DNA of 60,497 nt, the filler included, from Asterionella formosa (Eukaryota): NCBI GenBank assembly GCA_002256025.1. It is 4 parts of 4 records of this genome, joined end to end, with 100 filler letters (N's around TTAATTAATTAA, not from the genome) between each part and the next. Parts side by side here need not be neighbours in the genome. Positions count along the whole stretch, not along the records: positions 45,461 to 60,497 come from NKIB01005628.1; 3 more parts are not named here. One strand, given 5' to 3'. The first letter of the stretch is position 1. The number at the start of each line of letters is the position of its first letter. The notes beneath the pieces are model-generated. The model saw only the letters and a list, made by a program, of their open reading frames with translations, did not search any database and was not told the origin of the DNA. Position numbers and translations under genes: made by a program. Shown piece by piece: positions 47,194 through 59,058 of this stretch.

Positions 47194-48129
47194 CTATGGA
47201 CCATCCAAAAATCCATCAAAGCACAGCTTGGAACTAGCAAAAAAAGTCGCTCGGTGCAAAGCAAATTGCTCCATGGGCAATGGGGTTGATACTCCGGTTA
47301 ATGCATTGACATAATGATCATAGTCAATTCGACAATCATCAATGTTGATTTTCCGTTGAGTCCGAATACAGGCACGACTGGGAGCAATGGGTGTTACACC
47401 CTGAGTGTAAACAAGTTGTTGAGTCTTGTCGAGTTGATCGAAAAACGCTTTGGCGCGGTCAGCTGATGTGGTACATGTTGGTTGGTGGGGCTTGTCATCA
47501 AAGTCAAGACATGTTTGCTTCTTATTTTTTTGTACTCTATGATGCTTGGATACTTTGCCAGCAACTGGCGTTGCAAAGTTTTCTTCGCTGGCTGACCTTA
47601 AGGGGATTGGTTTCGAAACACTATTGAGAGCGTCGCAAATGGAAGCATCAAAGGGAATAGGACTTGCCTGGATGTTGTCCGCAAAGAAACCGTCACTGAC
47701 AGAAGGTTGTGGTTTCGTTGCAGTATGCAATGTTATATCAGCGTCGATTTCTTTGACAGATGCAATCAAGGCATTCGAACGGTTCTTGGAACCATATGAT
47801 CGGGCCTTTCGTCGGCCAGCTTTCGCTTTTAAAGCAGAGGAAGGTTGAGGCACAACAGGTACACCAACTGGCTGTGGCTCAGAAACGACGTGGTGGTTCA
47901 AATGTTCCTTTTCCATTTCCTCGTCATTTGAAATGCAGCCACTATTAGTCTCATCTCGATAAACAGGTCGGCATTTAACATAATCCCATTCAATTAGACT
48001 TGTCGGCGATGGTGTGATTCTCGTCGAAGGATTGATTGCACTGCTGGAAGGAATGTGAATCCGTAACTTTGCTTTGCTGCGCTTGACAATTATACCAGCC
48101 TTGCCACCATATGAAACACTTCTGGCCAT
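47194..48129 (-). CDS. Hypothetical basic protein (311 aa)
   Basis: ATG-initiated clean ORF in otherwise stop-rich DNA; no domain recognised. Confidence 0.75.
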   Translation of the reverse strand: MARSVSYGGKAGIIVKRSKAKLRIHIPSSSAINPSTRITPSPTSLIEWDYVKCRPVYRDETNSGCISNDEEMEKEHLNHHVVSEPQPVGVPVVPQPSSALKAKAGRRKARSYGSKNRSNALIASVKEIDADITLHTATKPQPSVSDGFFADNIQASPIPFDASICDALNSVSKPIPLRSASEENFATPVAGKVSKHHRVQKNKKQTCLDFDDKPHQPTCTTSADRAKAFFDQLDKTQQLVYTQGVTPIAPSRACIRTQRKINIDDCRIDYDHYVNALTGVSTPLPMEQFALHRATFFASSKLCFDGFLDGP

Positions 48130-48359
48130 ATTGACTATTCAATGCAACGAACAGGACTGCAATCCTGAAAGTTGGGTAGAGTTCATTGATTAGAAATAAA
48201 TGCGATGAGAAACATATTTTTGTGCAAAAGGAAGTACGGTCGATCCTTGATAGACTCTAACCGGTAGATCACTGTTCTACCGGTAATCTAACTTTCTTTT
48301 ACCGGGTATGTCGTATGAGTGCACGTTATGTTTGTAGACGTACACGTACATCTGCCTCC

Positions 48360-48680
48360 ACAGTACTGGTACCAGGTACAGTATGTACATTTTGTAGATA
48401 CGGGCTTCATGGACTAATTTTTGAATTCAAAAACGACCATCACCCCCATGCATGCACACACAATTTACCCACTAACATGCATCCTTGATTTCAACTCCGT
48501 ACCTGGTACCAGGTGTACCGGTAAAAGAAATAAGAGGAACAGACCACTCGTGGTGACCCATCATGTGCGTACCTGGTAACCAGGTACTGTACCACACCGT
48601 GTTCCGGTACCGGTACCTGGTACCCTGGTTGTTACCGCTACTTAGTGCCGGTATATAGGTACCAGGTACCGGTATGCCTG
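48360..48680. repeat. Dense cluster of GGTACC/CCWGG palindromic motifs in a divergent intergenic region
   Basis: Motifs at 48368, 48499, 48569, 48604 and 48658. Confidence 0.8.
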
Positions 48681-49374
48681 TACATATATGCTCTATTTAT
48701 TTATTTATTTATTTATTGCGTATCCTGATAGTTTGTCAGCTCCTTTTACGTATAGTGACCAACACTACCGGCACATACATACCAGTACTTTTATTACAGG
48801 TATGTTCCTAATGGTTGTCTCGTTCCGTCTTGGAATTGGTGGAGTACCTGGTAATGCATAGGCGGCAGCATGCTGTGAAGCTCGCCATCGCGAGTGAGAT
48901 CGCCTTGTTGCTTTGAGCAAATTCAAAAGTGAGTATCAAGACTAGTAGTACCAGTAGTGTAGATCACATTACTCGTTCAAAGAAGGTGAGTGTGTAATGC
49001 TACCATTGCGTGGATGCGTCAACGCTCTCAGAGAAGCTGAAGAGGATGATCTCGTCGCTCGATATGCTGAAAGCGTAAAACCAAGGAGTATGAGAGCTTG
49101 TCTGATGTGCATCAATGAAGTGAAATAAATTCGATCCTACAGTACTCGTGACAGGACTTCTGAATCACTCGTCATTCTCACCTATTCTGCCGCGTGCAAC
49201 ACGAAATGTCTCCTTCTCGTGATTGATTTTTAGTGAATCAGATTTCATCAGAGGGGCATACATATATATATACTAAGTACCTTGTAACTATATCCATAGA
49301 TATTTGACAGGGTTGTGTCTGTTGCTGATCTGCTTGTTACCAGGTAGGTACCAGGCATCGATATTGCCCGTGTG

Positions 49375-51459
49375 ATGACCATGGACATAATCAGGAACGG
49401 CGGGGGATCACCACCTTCCCTTAACGGACCAGCAACCATAAAGGCATCTGACGTGATAGTCGGCCGAAGCGACCATGCGGCTAACAAGCTACTCGCGGAC
49501 TTGGTGTGCTTGAATGTCCATTTCAATCAGACCAGGGGAGGATCAGAAAGCGTAGAGGACGTCTGCAAAAGAATTGTGTCCATCATGATGCGGGGAATGG
49601 ATGTCAGTTTTCCTCCTGATGAAGAACGACAGCCCGTTCCATTTACCACGGGGTCGGGATCGTTCCACTCGCAAGACTGCAAGAAGTCGCTTTCTGAGGA
49701 CGAAGCAGTTGGGTACGTGATGGAGTTGCTGGAGGACGAAGCCAAGAACGTCATGAAGCAATCTGCTGGAGGTGGTGCCACTTTGGGAAACACATTTCCA
49801 GCAACAGTTGTCGAAGATAACACGCCCGTCACGTGCACTTTTAACATGGCTCCTCCCATTCAACCCTCGGCTCATGACATTCTATTTTACTCGAACAAAG
49901 TCAAGGACCCGTACATCAAGGACTACACAGGCAATCGTCGCTTCGTTCAAAACGTCGAACTCGTCCTTTCAGCCAATGCATCAGCGTTGGATGATCCATC
50001 GTGCTCGAGGGTGGCTCTTGTAAACTCCATTCTAGAAAAGACTACAGAAACGGTGATGCCATCCTGCAAACCACGCTTTCTTATACATGGTGGGGAACAA
50101 GAAGGCGACTGGACTGAGTTGTCCCCCATCACTACGGCTGAATTCACAACCATGTATGTATTCGCCAAACTTGTGGAAATACAAACCGATTCGTTGCAGC
50201 CAGCCATATTGCCATCAGTTCCCCTTTTGCCTTGTGGAGACTTTCCGTTACCCGAAATTTTGAACTCGCCTATTGTGGTACCAATCGACAAACCCAATGA
50301 CTACGATGTCCTATTTGGACGAGGTGGAATGACTAATAAGTATGTGCTACTGGATTTTTTACATTAAGTATGAAACTATGTCTTCACTAACCCCCATCTG
50401 CTATTTCTTTTTGTTAGTCATCCAGGGAATCGCCGCTTCAGAGACATCATTTCTCTTCATCGACCAGATTATGTCTGTGCCATTAAAGTTGAAAAGCCGA
50501 ACGTTGCTCGACGCATTGTGGCCGCCATTCGAGGAGGAAACCCACCAGGAAGATTCCTCAAGAAAGATTCGATGGGCCTGAAGTGGTATGATGTCGGCAA
50601 TCGGCATGCCACAGAAAAGACATCACAAGCCCTTCGAGAGAAGGCAACAAACGAAAAGGATGAAAAGATCAGTACTGAAGGGGATGTCCGGAAGCGATTG
50701 TTGGAACAAGCACTGCAGGAAGCAAGAGTGACGAGAATGCGACTTTCAAAGGAAGGATCCAATCTTCCGGAAACCTACATGGATCCTGTCTCTGGCATTT
50801 CCATGCCACCCTTGATACAGCCGAGCTATCTTCCCATTGCACCCAGTCCATCTTATGTTAACAATGTCGAACTAAGTGTGGACAACCCTCAAATAGATGC
50901 CGTCACTGCTGACGAAATGAAAAAGATTCAAATACAAAAAGAAGAACTTGCCAAGCTCGCTTCCAAAAATGACCAAGAAGATCCACCGATGGAGAATCGA
51001 GGGATCCTTGATAGCAACGGGAGCATTTTAGTGACAGAAAACGACATTCTATGCGGCCGGGGTGGACTCACCAATCATCACAAGGGAAACAAGCGCTTTC
51101 GCGACATTGTCGCTTTGCATCGGCCGGACTACGTCCGTGCCCCCAAGGTTCATAAACCAGCTGTAGCCCGTTTAATTGTCAGGGCGATCCGGAATAGTGA
51201 TCCCCCAGGACGATTCCTTAAAAAGGATTACAAGTCCAATAAGTTTTACGATATTGGAGACAAACGGGCCACAGAAAAGGCAAGCCAAGCCCTTCGTGAA
51301 AAGACACAGGACGAGCGAAGTCAGCTGAGACCTGATAGCTCTGAAATGCCACTTGCAGATAAACGTGTACTAGACGGGACTGCAGGTACGAATGAAACCA
51401 ACAAGACAGAACACGAAATGATCGACGGTGTGGACCTAGAAGATGGCATTGAAGTATAA
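49375..51459 (+). CDS. Multi-DUF6824 domain protein; one intron (50340-50417)
   Basis: Splicing GTATGT...TTAG restores DVLFGRGGMTNNHPGNRRFRDII...GRFL...EKTSQALRE; second copy DILCGRGGLTNHHKGNKRFRDIV...EKASQALRE; two degenerate N-terminal copies. Confidence 0.88.
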
Positions 51460-51622
51460 ATGTGAAAGTTTGGGGCCTTATGCTTGTAGTTTAAAGATCG
51501 AAGCTCGTTGCAGAATTTTTTTCTTGGTTAATCGTTTGTTCAATTCTATTAGTAAAAATTATGATAGAAGTTGTATGTGCAAGAATATGTAGCAACACGA
51601 CCGCTAGTTTGGAATACAGGTA

Positions 51623-53299
51623 TTAAAATGCAGAAAGCCATTGCATTGCAACCAATAGATGCAAAGGAATATACACCAAGCAAAGATATGGTGTGTATAC
51701 TTCAAACGGATAAGGTACCAAAAGAAGTGGGGGCCATGTGATGAGAAGTACCGCGGCCCCAAATAATCTTTGAAAATATCGTTCTTGATTTAGACAGAGG
51801 ATAAGGGGAGTCCACAGGAGTGCCGAAGGGTAGGCCAAGCTGACGTGACCAAGCACTAAGGGAATATGACTGTAGATGGCTAATAAACATGTCATGAGCT
51901 GCAGACTCTTGGTTGCAAACTTGCGCTTTTGTTGACCTCGCTTAAAATTCAGAGGAAGTATCATGTAACCCAAAAAGCAAAGCCCATTCGATTGTGGCAG
52001 ATTCAAACTGGATGATACCACTAACAGCGCCACTCCAAACATGAGTGCCACAAAAGCCTTAGCAATGGCTGAAAAATCAAAGACCTTGATTTCTAACAAT
52101 ATGAGCATGAATACCTTGACCACGAGTGGCACTAACAACAAGAAATTCGGAATAATGTATTCCGAATGCGAGACAAACTTGAATGGCGACGGTAGGATAT
52201 ATTGCGTCAAGGAATGATGGAGTCGCTCATGTAAATTCGAAAGACCATGAATGACATGTTCTAATTGTTGGACGAATTCCACTATAAAGGGGCCCTGTGA
52301 TCTCGGGTTTTTTCCACTCAGTGTTAATTCCAACGTAAGGGAATCGACTCCTCGGTCCAAGACAGGAGCGTGAACTGGATATGGACCCATGCTGAGCGTA
52401 TATGCGAATAACAGCATGTCTGCAACTTCAGTGGCCCAAGTGTGGAGTTTCTTTGGTAAAAATGTTGATACGAAGTTTCGCCATTGCATTGAAGTGTCCG
52501 TATATGGGTGCATGAACATAGTGAATGGGTACCTTCGGGTATCCATGAAGCTAGCACTCGCGAAGATTGTCATGACGTGAAAAACGAGATCCATGTTTGG
52601 TAGGACTCCGCGTCGTCCTTGTGGGAGAATTCTCAGAGTGTTCTGATTAGGGGCGTCTACTGGGTTTGTCTCAGTATTTACAACCAGGAGATTCCGGATC
52701 ATTGCCGACGTTAACTGTGGTGGGAGCATTGTTGCGGTTCCATTGGCAGTGGATCCCAGGTATGCATTTAGAAATCTTTCCCGGGCATCTTCCATAGATA
52801 TCAAGACATCAGCAGGCGCCACAATCAGTACCGTCTTGGCAAGCCAAGCCGCGGACGATAAACGCTTGGCTAATTGCGTAATGGCAAAATGGAAATCACT
52901 TGTCGACCAATCGTCACATGGCGGAATCAGCAGGACTATGGATTCCGACACTGGCTCAATGGCACCCTCCAATGGGAAAATTCTCGCCACCTCAATGACG
53001 CCTCCGAGTGAATGACATTCCACGCTCTCCAAGGCTCGACATAACGAGTTGATTTCGCTCCGTTTGCTTGTACTGCTTTCTACAGTCATGTACTTGTCGT
53101 GAGATCGAAAGAAGGACGAGTCAAGAGAGTGTTCGTCGATGTACCAACCGCGGCATTTCGATTCTCCCGTCATGACTGATACAATCGGGTGTCCTAGTGT
53201 CCAGAGAGTACCGATGAGGTAAGGGAGGACAAGCGCAAGGCCGAAAAGGGTCCGCTGCCTATCAGTAGTCGATGCGCGAGCAATGGTCGTGGACTCCAT
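51623..53299 (-). CDS. GAA1: GPI transamidase component GAA1/GPAA1
   Basis: N-terminal TM, YIDEHSL, WLAKTV, GVLPNMDL, LSNLHERLHHSLTQYILPSPFKFVSHSEY, C-terminal TM cluster; first ATG at 53299. Confidence 0.88.
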   Translation of the reverse strand: MESTTIARASTTDRQRTLFGLALVLPYLIGTLWTLGHPIVSVMTGESKCRGWYIDEHSLDSSFFRSHDKYMTVESSTSKRSEINSLCRALESVECHSLGGVIEVARIFPLEGAIEPVSESIVLLIPPCDDWSTSDFHFAITQLAKRLSSAAWLAKTVLIVAPADVLISMEDARERFLNAYLGSTANGTATMLPPQLTSAMIRNLLVVNTETNPVDAPNQNTLRILPQGRRGVLPNMDLVFHVMTIFASASFMDTRRYPFTMFMHPYTDTSMQWRNFVSTFLPKKLHTWATEVADMLLFAYTLSMGPYPVHAPVLDRGVDSLTLELTLSGKNPRSQGPFIVEFVQQLEHVIHGLSNLHERLHHSLTQYILPSPFKFVSHSEYIIPNFLLLVPLVVKVFMLILLEIKVFDFSAIAKAFVALMFGVALLVVSSSLNLPQSNGLCFLGYMILPLNFKRGQQKRKFATKSLQLMTCLLAIYSHIPLVLGHVSLAYPSALLWTPLILCLNQERYFQRLFGAAVLLITWPPLLLVPYPFEVYTPYLCLVYIPLHLLVAMQWLSAF

Positions 53300-55046
53300 A
53301 TCACTTTCGGATAGCAAGGGGGTCGCATTCGACACTTTCTATACTACAGTAGAAGGATACAGCTCGGGATTGCGATTAGGTTTTAGTTTGATGGTTTGAT
53401 GTGATGAAGCAATGATGAATGATGGATTCGTGGTTACAGCACGCATACTGAACAGTGCAACAAAATCATTGACGACCACATAGAGGCAACGAAAGTGCCC
53501 TGTATTGGCATTTTTTGGTACATTTTCAAACGGTTTTCGCCATCCAAAGCCAGGCATACCTTGTATTGGGAGCCACAAGGATTTCCAATACGAAAAGTAT
53601 CAGTTACCGGTATTGTCTTGATACATGTTCCCCTGATCATACCAGGTAATTTTGTCCAGTACAAGGCGAAATACTAATCCATACAATGTTCCACTTTTGT
53701 TGTATTGACGAAATGCATGAAATTCAATTCCCCAAAAGGTGCATTCAAATCTGGGTCTCCATCCCATTCAAGGTAGTATGCCTTTATTTGGCCATTGAAA
53801 TAATTTCCAATGCCAGGTATTTATTCTCCATTTGGGATTTGAAAGATTGCCAATACAAGGTCATAGATTCCAATAGAAGCTAACAATAGTTTACAATTCA
53901 AGGTATCCCTGTATTGATTCTTTGATCTATTGTGCCACAATACATCATCCTATACATGGTCATAGGTTCCAAACAAGGTGATGAAAATTTTCAATTATAT
54001 AATATTTAAAATATTGAACCTCATTTATTTTAAATGCTTCAAGACTGCTCAATTGCTAAAAGGGTAGACCGTGCAGCGCTTCCTGGCATTGCCAGCCCTG
54101 ATGTTCATGTTCTTATCTACTTACTTACCACCCCAGGATCATTCCAACAAACATGGTGACTTCAGGTGCTGGTGCTTGGGGATCTGTACTGGTTTTAATC
54201 GTCCATATGTTGCAACAGGAACCTGTCTTTTTCATTCATTAGCCACACCCCTGGAACCCTAGTGACTAGATGAAAAAGAAAGACAGGTGGAGAATGCAGG
54301 AATCCAACTTGCCACCAACGAAGGCATGCTAACCAACTAGGCAATCCCCCATTCAACTCCCAATGAATTTGAACCATTAATTAAGATAGGTTGTTTTCAT
54401 CGCTTTGACTGGAAAAGGAGATTGTTTTGAGTTTAGAGAATACAAAGCAGCTGCTTGTTTACTATTGCTTATATTTGCTTACCAGTACTTCTTTGCTTAG
54501 TATTGGTTGTTGTCTTTTCCTTTTTTAATCTCTTTTGACCACGTTCTGACATTTCCGCATTTGGACGAGTATATTGACACAAACCTACGTCACAAAGTCA
54601 TAATACCGAGGGCGATTTTCAAGCATTGAATTGAAGACGTTCTCTAGCTATGTGTGATTTACATAAGGGCCTGTCTGTCGTCAAGTTTTCTGTTTAATTA
54701 AGCAGGAGAATGAACGCAATTTGCTGGTATTATTTACTAGCGGTAGTCCGCACTTCCAGTACACCGGTCGTACCAGGAGTACCACTGTTTGAATAAAATG
54801 TGCCATCTGTTTGCTTGTGAATTTTGAACATCCGACATGTCGCTCAAGTTCTGCAGCTGTCTGCCAGCGGCCCCATTAAATTGCTTACTGCTGGTACCGG
54901 TAGCCCTACATATGACATTACGCACATGCATGCATAATTACCATGGTACCTGGTACCATGTACTTGTACTACCTGTAGCACTTCGTCAATCATTTTATGC
55001 CCATCAAATGGTTTTGTACATTCCTATATATCATATAATTGCAAGC

Positions 55047-57254
55047 ATGTTCAAATCAACGGGATGCTGGACTTGTTGCCTCGCGGCTCTGCTATTGGTG
55101 GCTACAGTGAAAGTATCTGGATTCGGTGCTGCTGGTCGCAGTAAGAAGGCATTTCGAATAGCCAAGCATTCGATTAGCACGTTGGCCGAGCAAGAAACCA
55201 CAAAGCAATACGAAACTCGAACAGACAATCAACTGCTGTCATCCTTTAGCAGGAATCCTTGGGAAGCTTACGAATCCACCATACGACTAGTCGTTGATGG
55301 AGTAGTACAGGTTCATAAAAAGACCAAGAAAACAGACGACTACGCCCCCACCATGGCGTTCCTCCTGGCAGAATCGTCGCCCATTGCGTTGCCCGAACCA
55401 CCCGCATTCACCACAACCGACTCTGATACCTTCCGCTCTCGTATGGATCAGCAACGACAGCTTTTCATGACAGCCTACAACCTTAGTGACAATCAGTATC
55501 AATATGCCATTCGTGTACTGACATACATGGGCGATTATTGCGCCAAGCGAGGCTTGGCTGTGCCATTGCTTGTGGCGTGGTCGAAACTCAGACAAGCGGG
55601 CATGATTCCGCGGGAAAATTGCATATCCACGTATATGTATGCACTCTCCCTAGATGAAGAGACACAAGCCCTGTCGGGAGAAGTAGCCACCTTTCACGAC
55701 TTGATGTTTGCGCCAAGCGAGAATACTATTTACTTGAGGATCAAGAGCTTGGTAGGAAAGGGAAATTGTGCAGAGGCCGAAGGCTTGTTGGAGTCGTTAC
55801 CGGTACGTCTCCTTGTATGTGGTTCTATTGTACCTAATTGTTGTGTGCTTGTTTTTCTGACGACAGCTAATGTGTGACTCAAAGAGTGACGACTGGAAAC
55901 TCCTGAGAACATATTCCCCCATCTTCGAACGATATTGCAAGGATGGAGATTTCAATTCTGCCTTGAGCTTGTACCGACGAATGCAAGCCTCACCACGAGT
56001 CTATTTTGAATCAGATACGTATGCCTTATTGATTTCCTCTCTCGCAGAACGTGGCTACTTTCGATTGGATGCAGCGGAGATTGAATCATTTACGACGGGT
56101 CCAACACTTTTTGATCAACTAGCACAAGACATGGCCGACGATATTTTGGAGATTAATAACGCATCGGCAAAGTTAATGTTTGATGCATTCTCGACGGGCT
56201 TCCAAGAAAAAACTGCGGATATGGACGTTCCATGTCGCGACCCCGCTGGTCCCAATGAACTTGTTCTGAGCAGGGTAAACGTCAATGCTACAACAGCGAT
56301 GTGTCCACGTACCGGTGCCAAGTTGCAACTCTTCCAGCTGACAGAAGGACAGCGGGTAGATGTGCATGAAACTTTGTTAGAAATGGCCCGACTGCAATAC
56401 GAGGAGTTTAGAGTAAAGCTCATGGCTAAATTTAAGGACCGGGCAGAAGTGATGGCAGATGGTGCATTTGCGAGAGAGCAAATTACAAAGTTTTCGCGTT
56501 GGTTGAAGTGAGTATTATATGTGAAAGCCTGATGGTGGTTGCAATTGTTGCTTGGTTGCTGGTTTTCTCATCACTAATCGTCTCCTACAGCGAACGCGAA
56601 GGGGAACCTTTCACTGCAATCGTCGATGGCCCAAATGTTGGTTATTTCGGACATGGCACTATCAAATACAGCCAAATCAAGCATGTCGTCGACCACCTTG
56701 AGTCCATGAATGAGAGGCCACTGGTGTTAATGCCACATAAGTATGTACAGCCTAAGTTTCATTCAAGTATTGGTGCCATTCAAACTTTGGACGAACAAGA
56801 ACTAGCCGTACTGAATGGCCTCAACGAGAGTGGAAAAATATACGAAGTTCCACCAAAGTGTTTGGATGATTATTATTGGATGCTGGCCAGCGTATCGAAC
56901 CAAACTAGAGCTTGTTACAATGGTCAGGACCTGTTGGTCCCCTTGTCAGAGATTGATGGTAGATTTCCTGGCATTCGCCCGATGCTAGTGACCAATGATC
57001 AAATGCGAGATCACAAGCTCGACCTTCTGGAAGCTCGCATGTTTCGTCGATGGTGTAGTTGCCATATTGTCAACTACAATTTCACCGAATTCTACCTGAA
57101 TGAATGGGAAAAACGACATGTGGAATTCTTTCCAGCTGACTTTTTCAGCAGAGAAATTCAAGGCAATCCATCTAGCGATGGCTCGTTGGCGTGGCACTTT
57201 CCTGTGAGCGAGTGGGAGCAACACGAGCGATTGTGCATACGAATCCCAGTCTGA
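55047..57254 (+). CDS. PRORP: Protein-only RNase P (PPR + NYN metallonuclease), three exons
   Basis: Introns 55803-55866 (or -55884) and 56508-56590 give one frame. PPR-like LRTYSPI/DTYALLISSL; NYN motifs IVDGPNVGY, LDDYYW, VTNDQMRDH, FRRW, REIQ, WHFP. Confidence 0.9.
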
Positions 57255-57695
57255 GTTACGTTATGACTTCCCTAATAGAGAGTTTGTATCAAAAAAGGAA
57301 GGATCGATTCCCTCCCATAAACGCAGGAGATTTGCTGTTGGATCCCCGGGGAGTGAATGTGGACAGCACGATAAGTTATCTATTCGTATCCCATTTCTGT
57401 TTAAGCCCACTTTTTGTCGCAGAATATGTTGCATACTTGAGAATTAATTCGGTTTCCTCAGGGGTTCAGGCATTGGCTTATCAGTAACGGCCTTACGCAC
57501 GTCTTGGTCCGGTCAGTTCTCGCCCCATTTCAGGTTAATGTGTATCGCTGTGGATACTACAACACAGATGCAGATGAGTAATCTAAACGAGTGAGTAGAA
57601 GTCGGGCTTTGAGTACGTTGATTCTATCTGACATTTTCACTATACAATTCGGTCCTATCCGCAACCTTCCCAATATCGTTGCGTTTCGAGTGCCT

Positions 57696-58254
57696 TTATC
57701 CATCCTTTTGCAATTTGTCCAGACGTTGCATGGCCTGAAGATATTTCGTCTTCCAATCACCAACTTCGTCTTCCAGTTCAGTGATGCGATCTCGAATTCG
57801 TTGCCTCGATGCAGCTGCTGATTCTCGATTTCGAACTCGACGTGCTTCTCGTCTCCATGCCGCCAGTTGCTCTTTGCTCATGGGTACTTCGGGGTCGTCT
57901 AAATGGTCAAGGACATCTTCGTTAGAATCGCTCAAAAGTTTCTTGTCATGTACTAAAAAACTCTTTAGGAAACTTACATCGTATCTGTGTCTTTTTATCA
58001 TCTGACTCTGAATCTTCCTCGTCTTCATCTGGTTCTGGCTGTGGCGGGTTTTTCTTTTTAGAAACTACTTTGCGTTTCTTCGGTGGCAAAGATTCTGAAA
58101 CAGCTGAAAAGTCCTCCTCGTCGTCATCCATATGTTCAATAGTTTCCACAGCAGCCACTTCTACAGCAGCTGCTACTTCCTTATCAGCTCGTAGAGTTGC
58201 CATGATCTCTTTTCGGCGCTTACGAGCGGCAGCTGGGTCTGTTCCATCTGTCAT
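57696..58254 (-). CDS. bZIP transcription factor; one intron (57899-57977)
   Basis: GTAAGT...TTAG intron joins KKTQIR-Y-DPEVPMSKEQLAAWRREARRVRNRESAAASRQR and a leucine zipper. Confidence 0.9.
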
Positions 58255-58673
58255 GGCAAATTCAAAACCTTTTTTAAGGAGAAAAACGTATCATTCAACA
58301 TGAAATAACAACTAATAGGGAGCATGAATGAATTATAACATTATGAAAATAATATGTATATCACTAGCACAACAGTACATATGAATAATCATTTTATTAG
58401 ACTACGGTATACACCCGGTAAATATAGAGAGATGATACAAACGAGGAGGCATTCTTTTGGCGCGAAAATTCTACCACTGCTGATGAAGTTGAACCTTGTC
58501 GAAGGTGCAACGTGGAGCGCTCTCCTTCGTGGTGACAAGAGTGCATTCCTCATTTATTGGGAGTGCAGTTTGGGGGGGCAAAACCCCAAGGTGGCTGGGT
58601 GAGACCACTTTTCGGAGGGAGGGACAGACATGAAGTTCTTGCGACAACCGGTACTACCTAGTACCAGTTACCA

Positions 58674-58763
58674 GCAAGTTGCGGTCATTTTGCTTTAACT
58701 AACAATTTAATCTGGGATAAAAATAGCTAAATCTTTATTTTCAGCAAAATTACCGCAACTTGC
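58674..58763. mobile_element. 90-bp MITE-like element with 21-bp TIRs
   Basis: GCAAGTTGCGGTCATTTTGCT / AGCAAAATTACCGCAACTTGC (1 mismatch); related ends at 10091-10110 and 30705-30729. Confidence 0.75.
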
Positions 58764-59058
58764 ACAGGTACCTGACACCAGGTACCAGGTACCCCCTGGT
58801 ACCATCATCGATCACCAATCATCAAATCCTGTTTCTTGCTGTGTAAAAATATTGCAAAATGTTCTTGTTTGGTGTGGTGTGATTCGGTTGTTGGTAAAAC
58901 AAATTGAATGACAACAGTCACCAGTTTTGATCGATATAGAAACTGTCGATAAATATTCTTTGTGGTGTATAATCCCATCCGAAGATTCCTCCCAGCACTT
59001 CCATAAACAGTCCTTTGGAGCGACCCTGTTGACGTTTGTTCATCTCTAAAAGCTAATC

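Noticed and set aside
54837..55046. N-terminal extension of PRORP from ATG 54837
   Set aside because: It runs through palindrome-rich intergenic-type sequence; the targeting peptide starts at ATG 55047.
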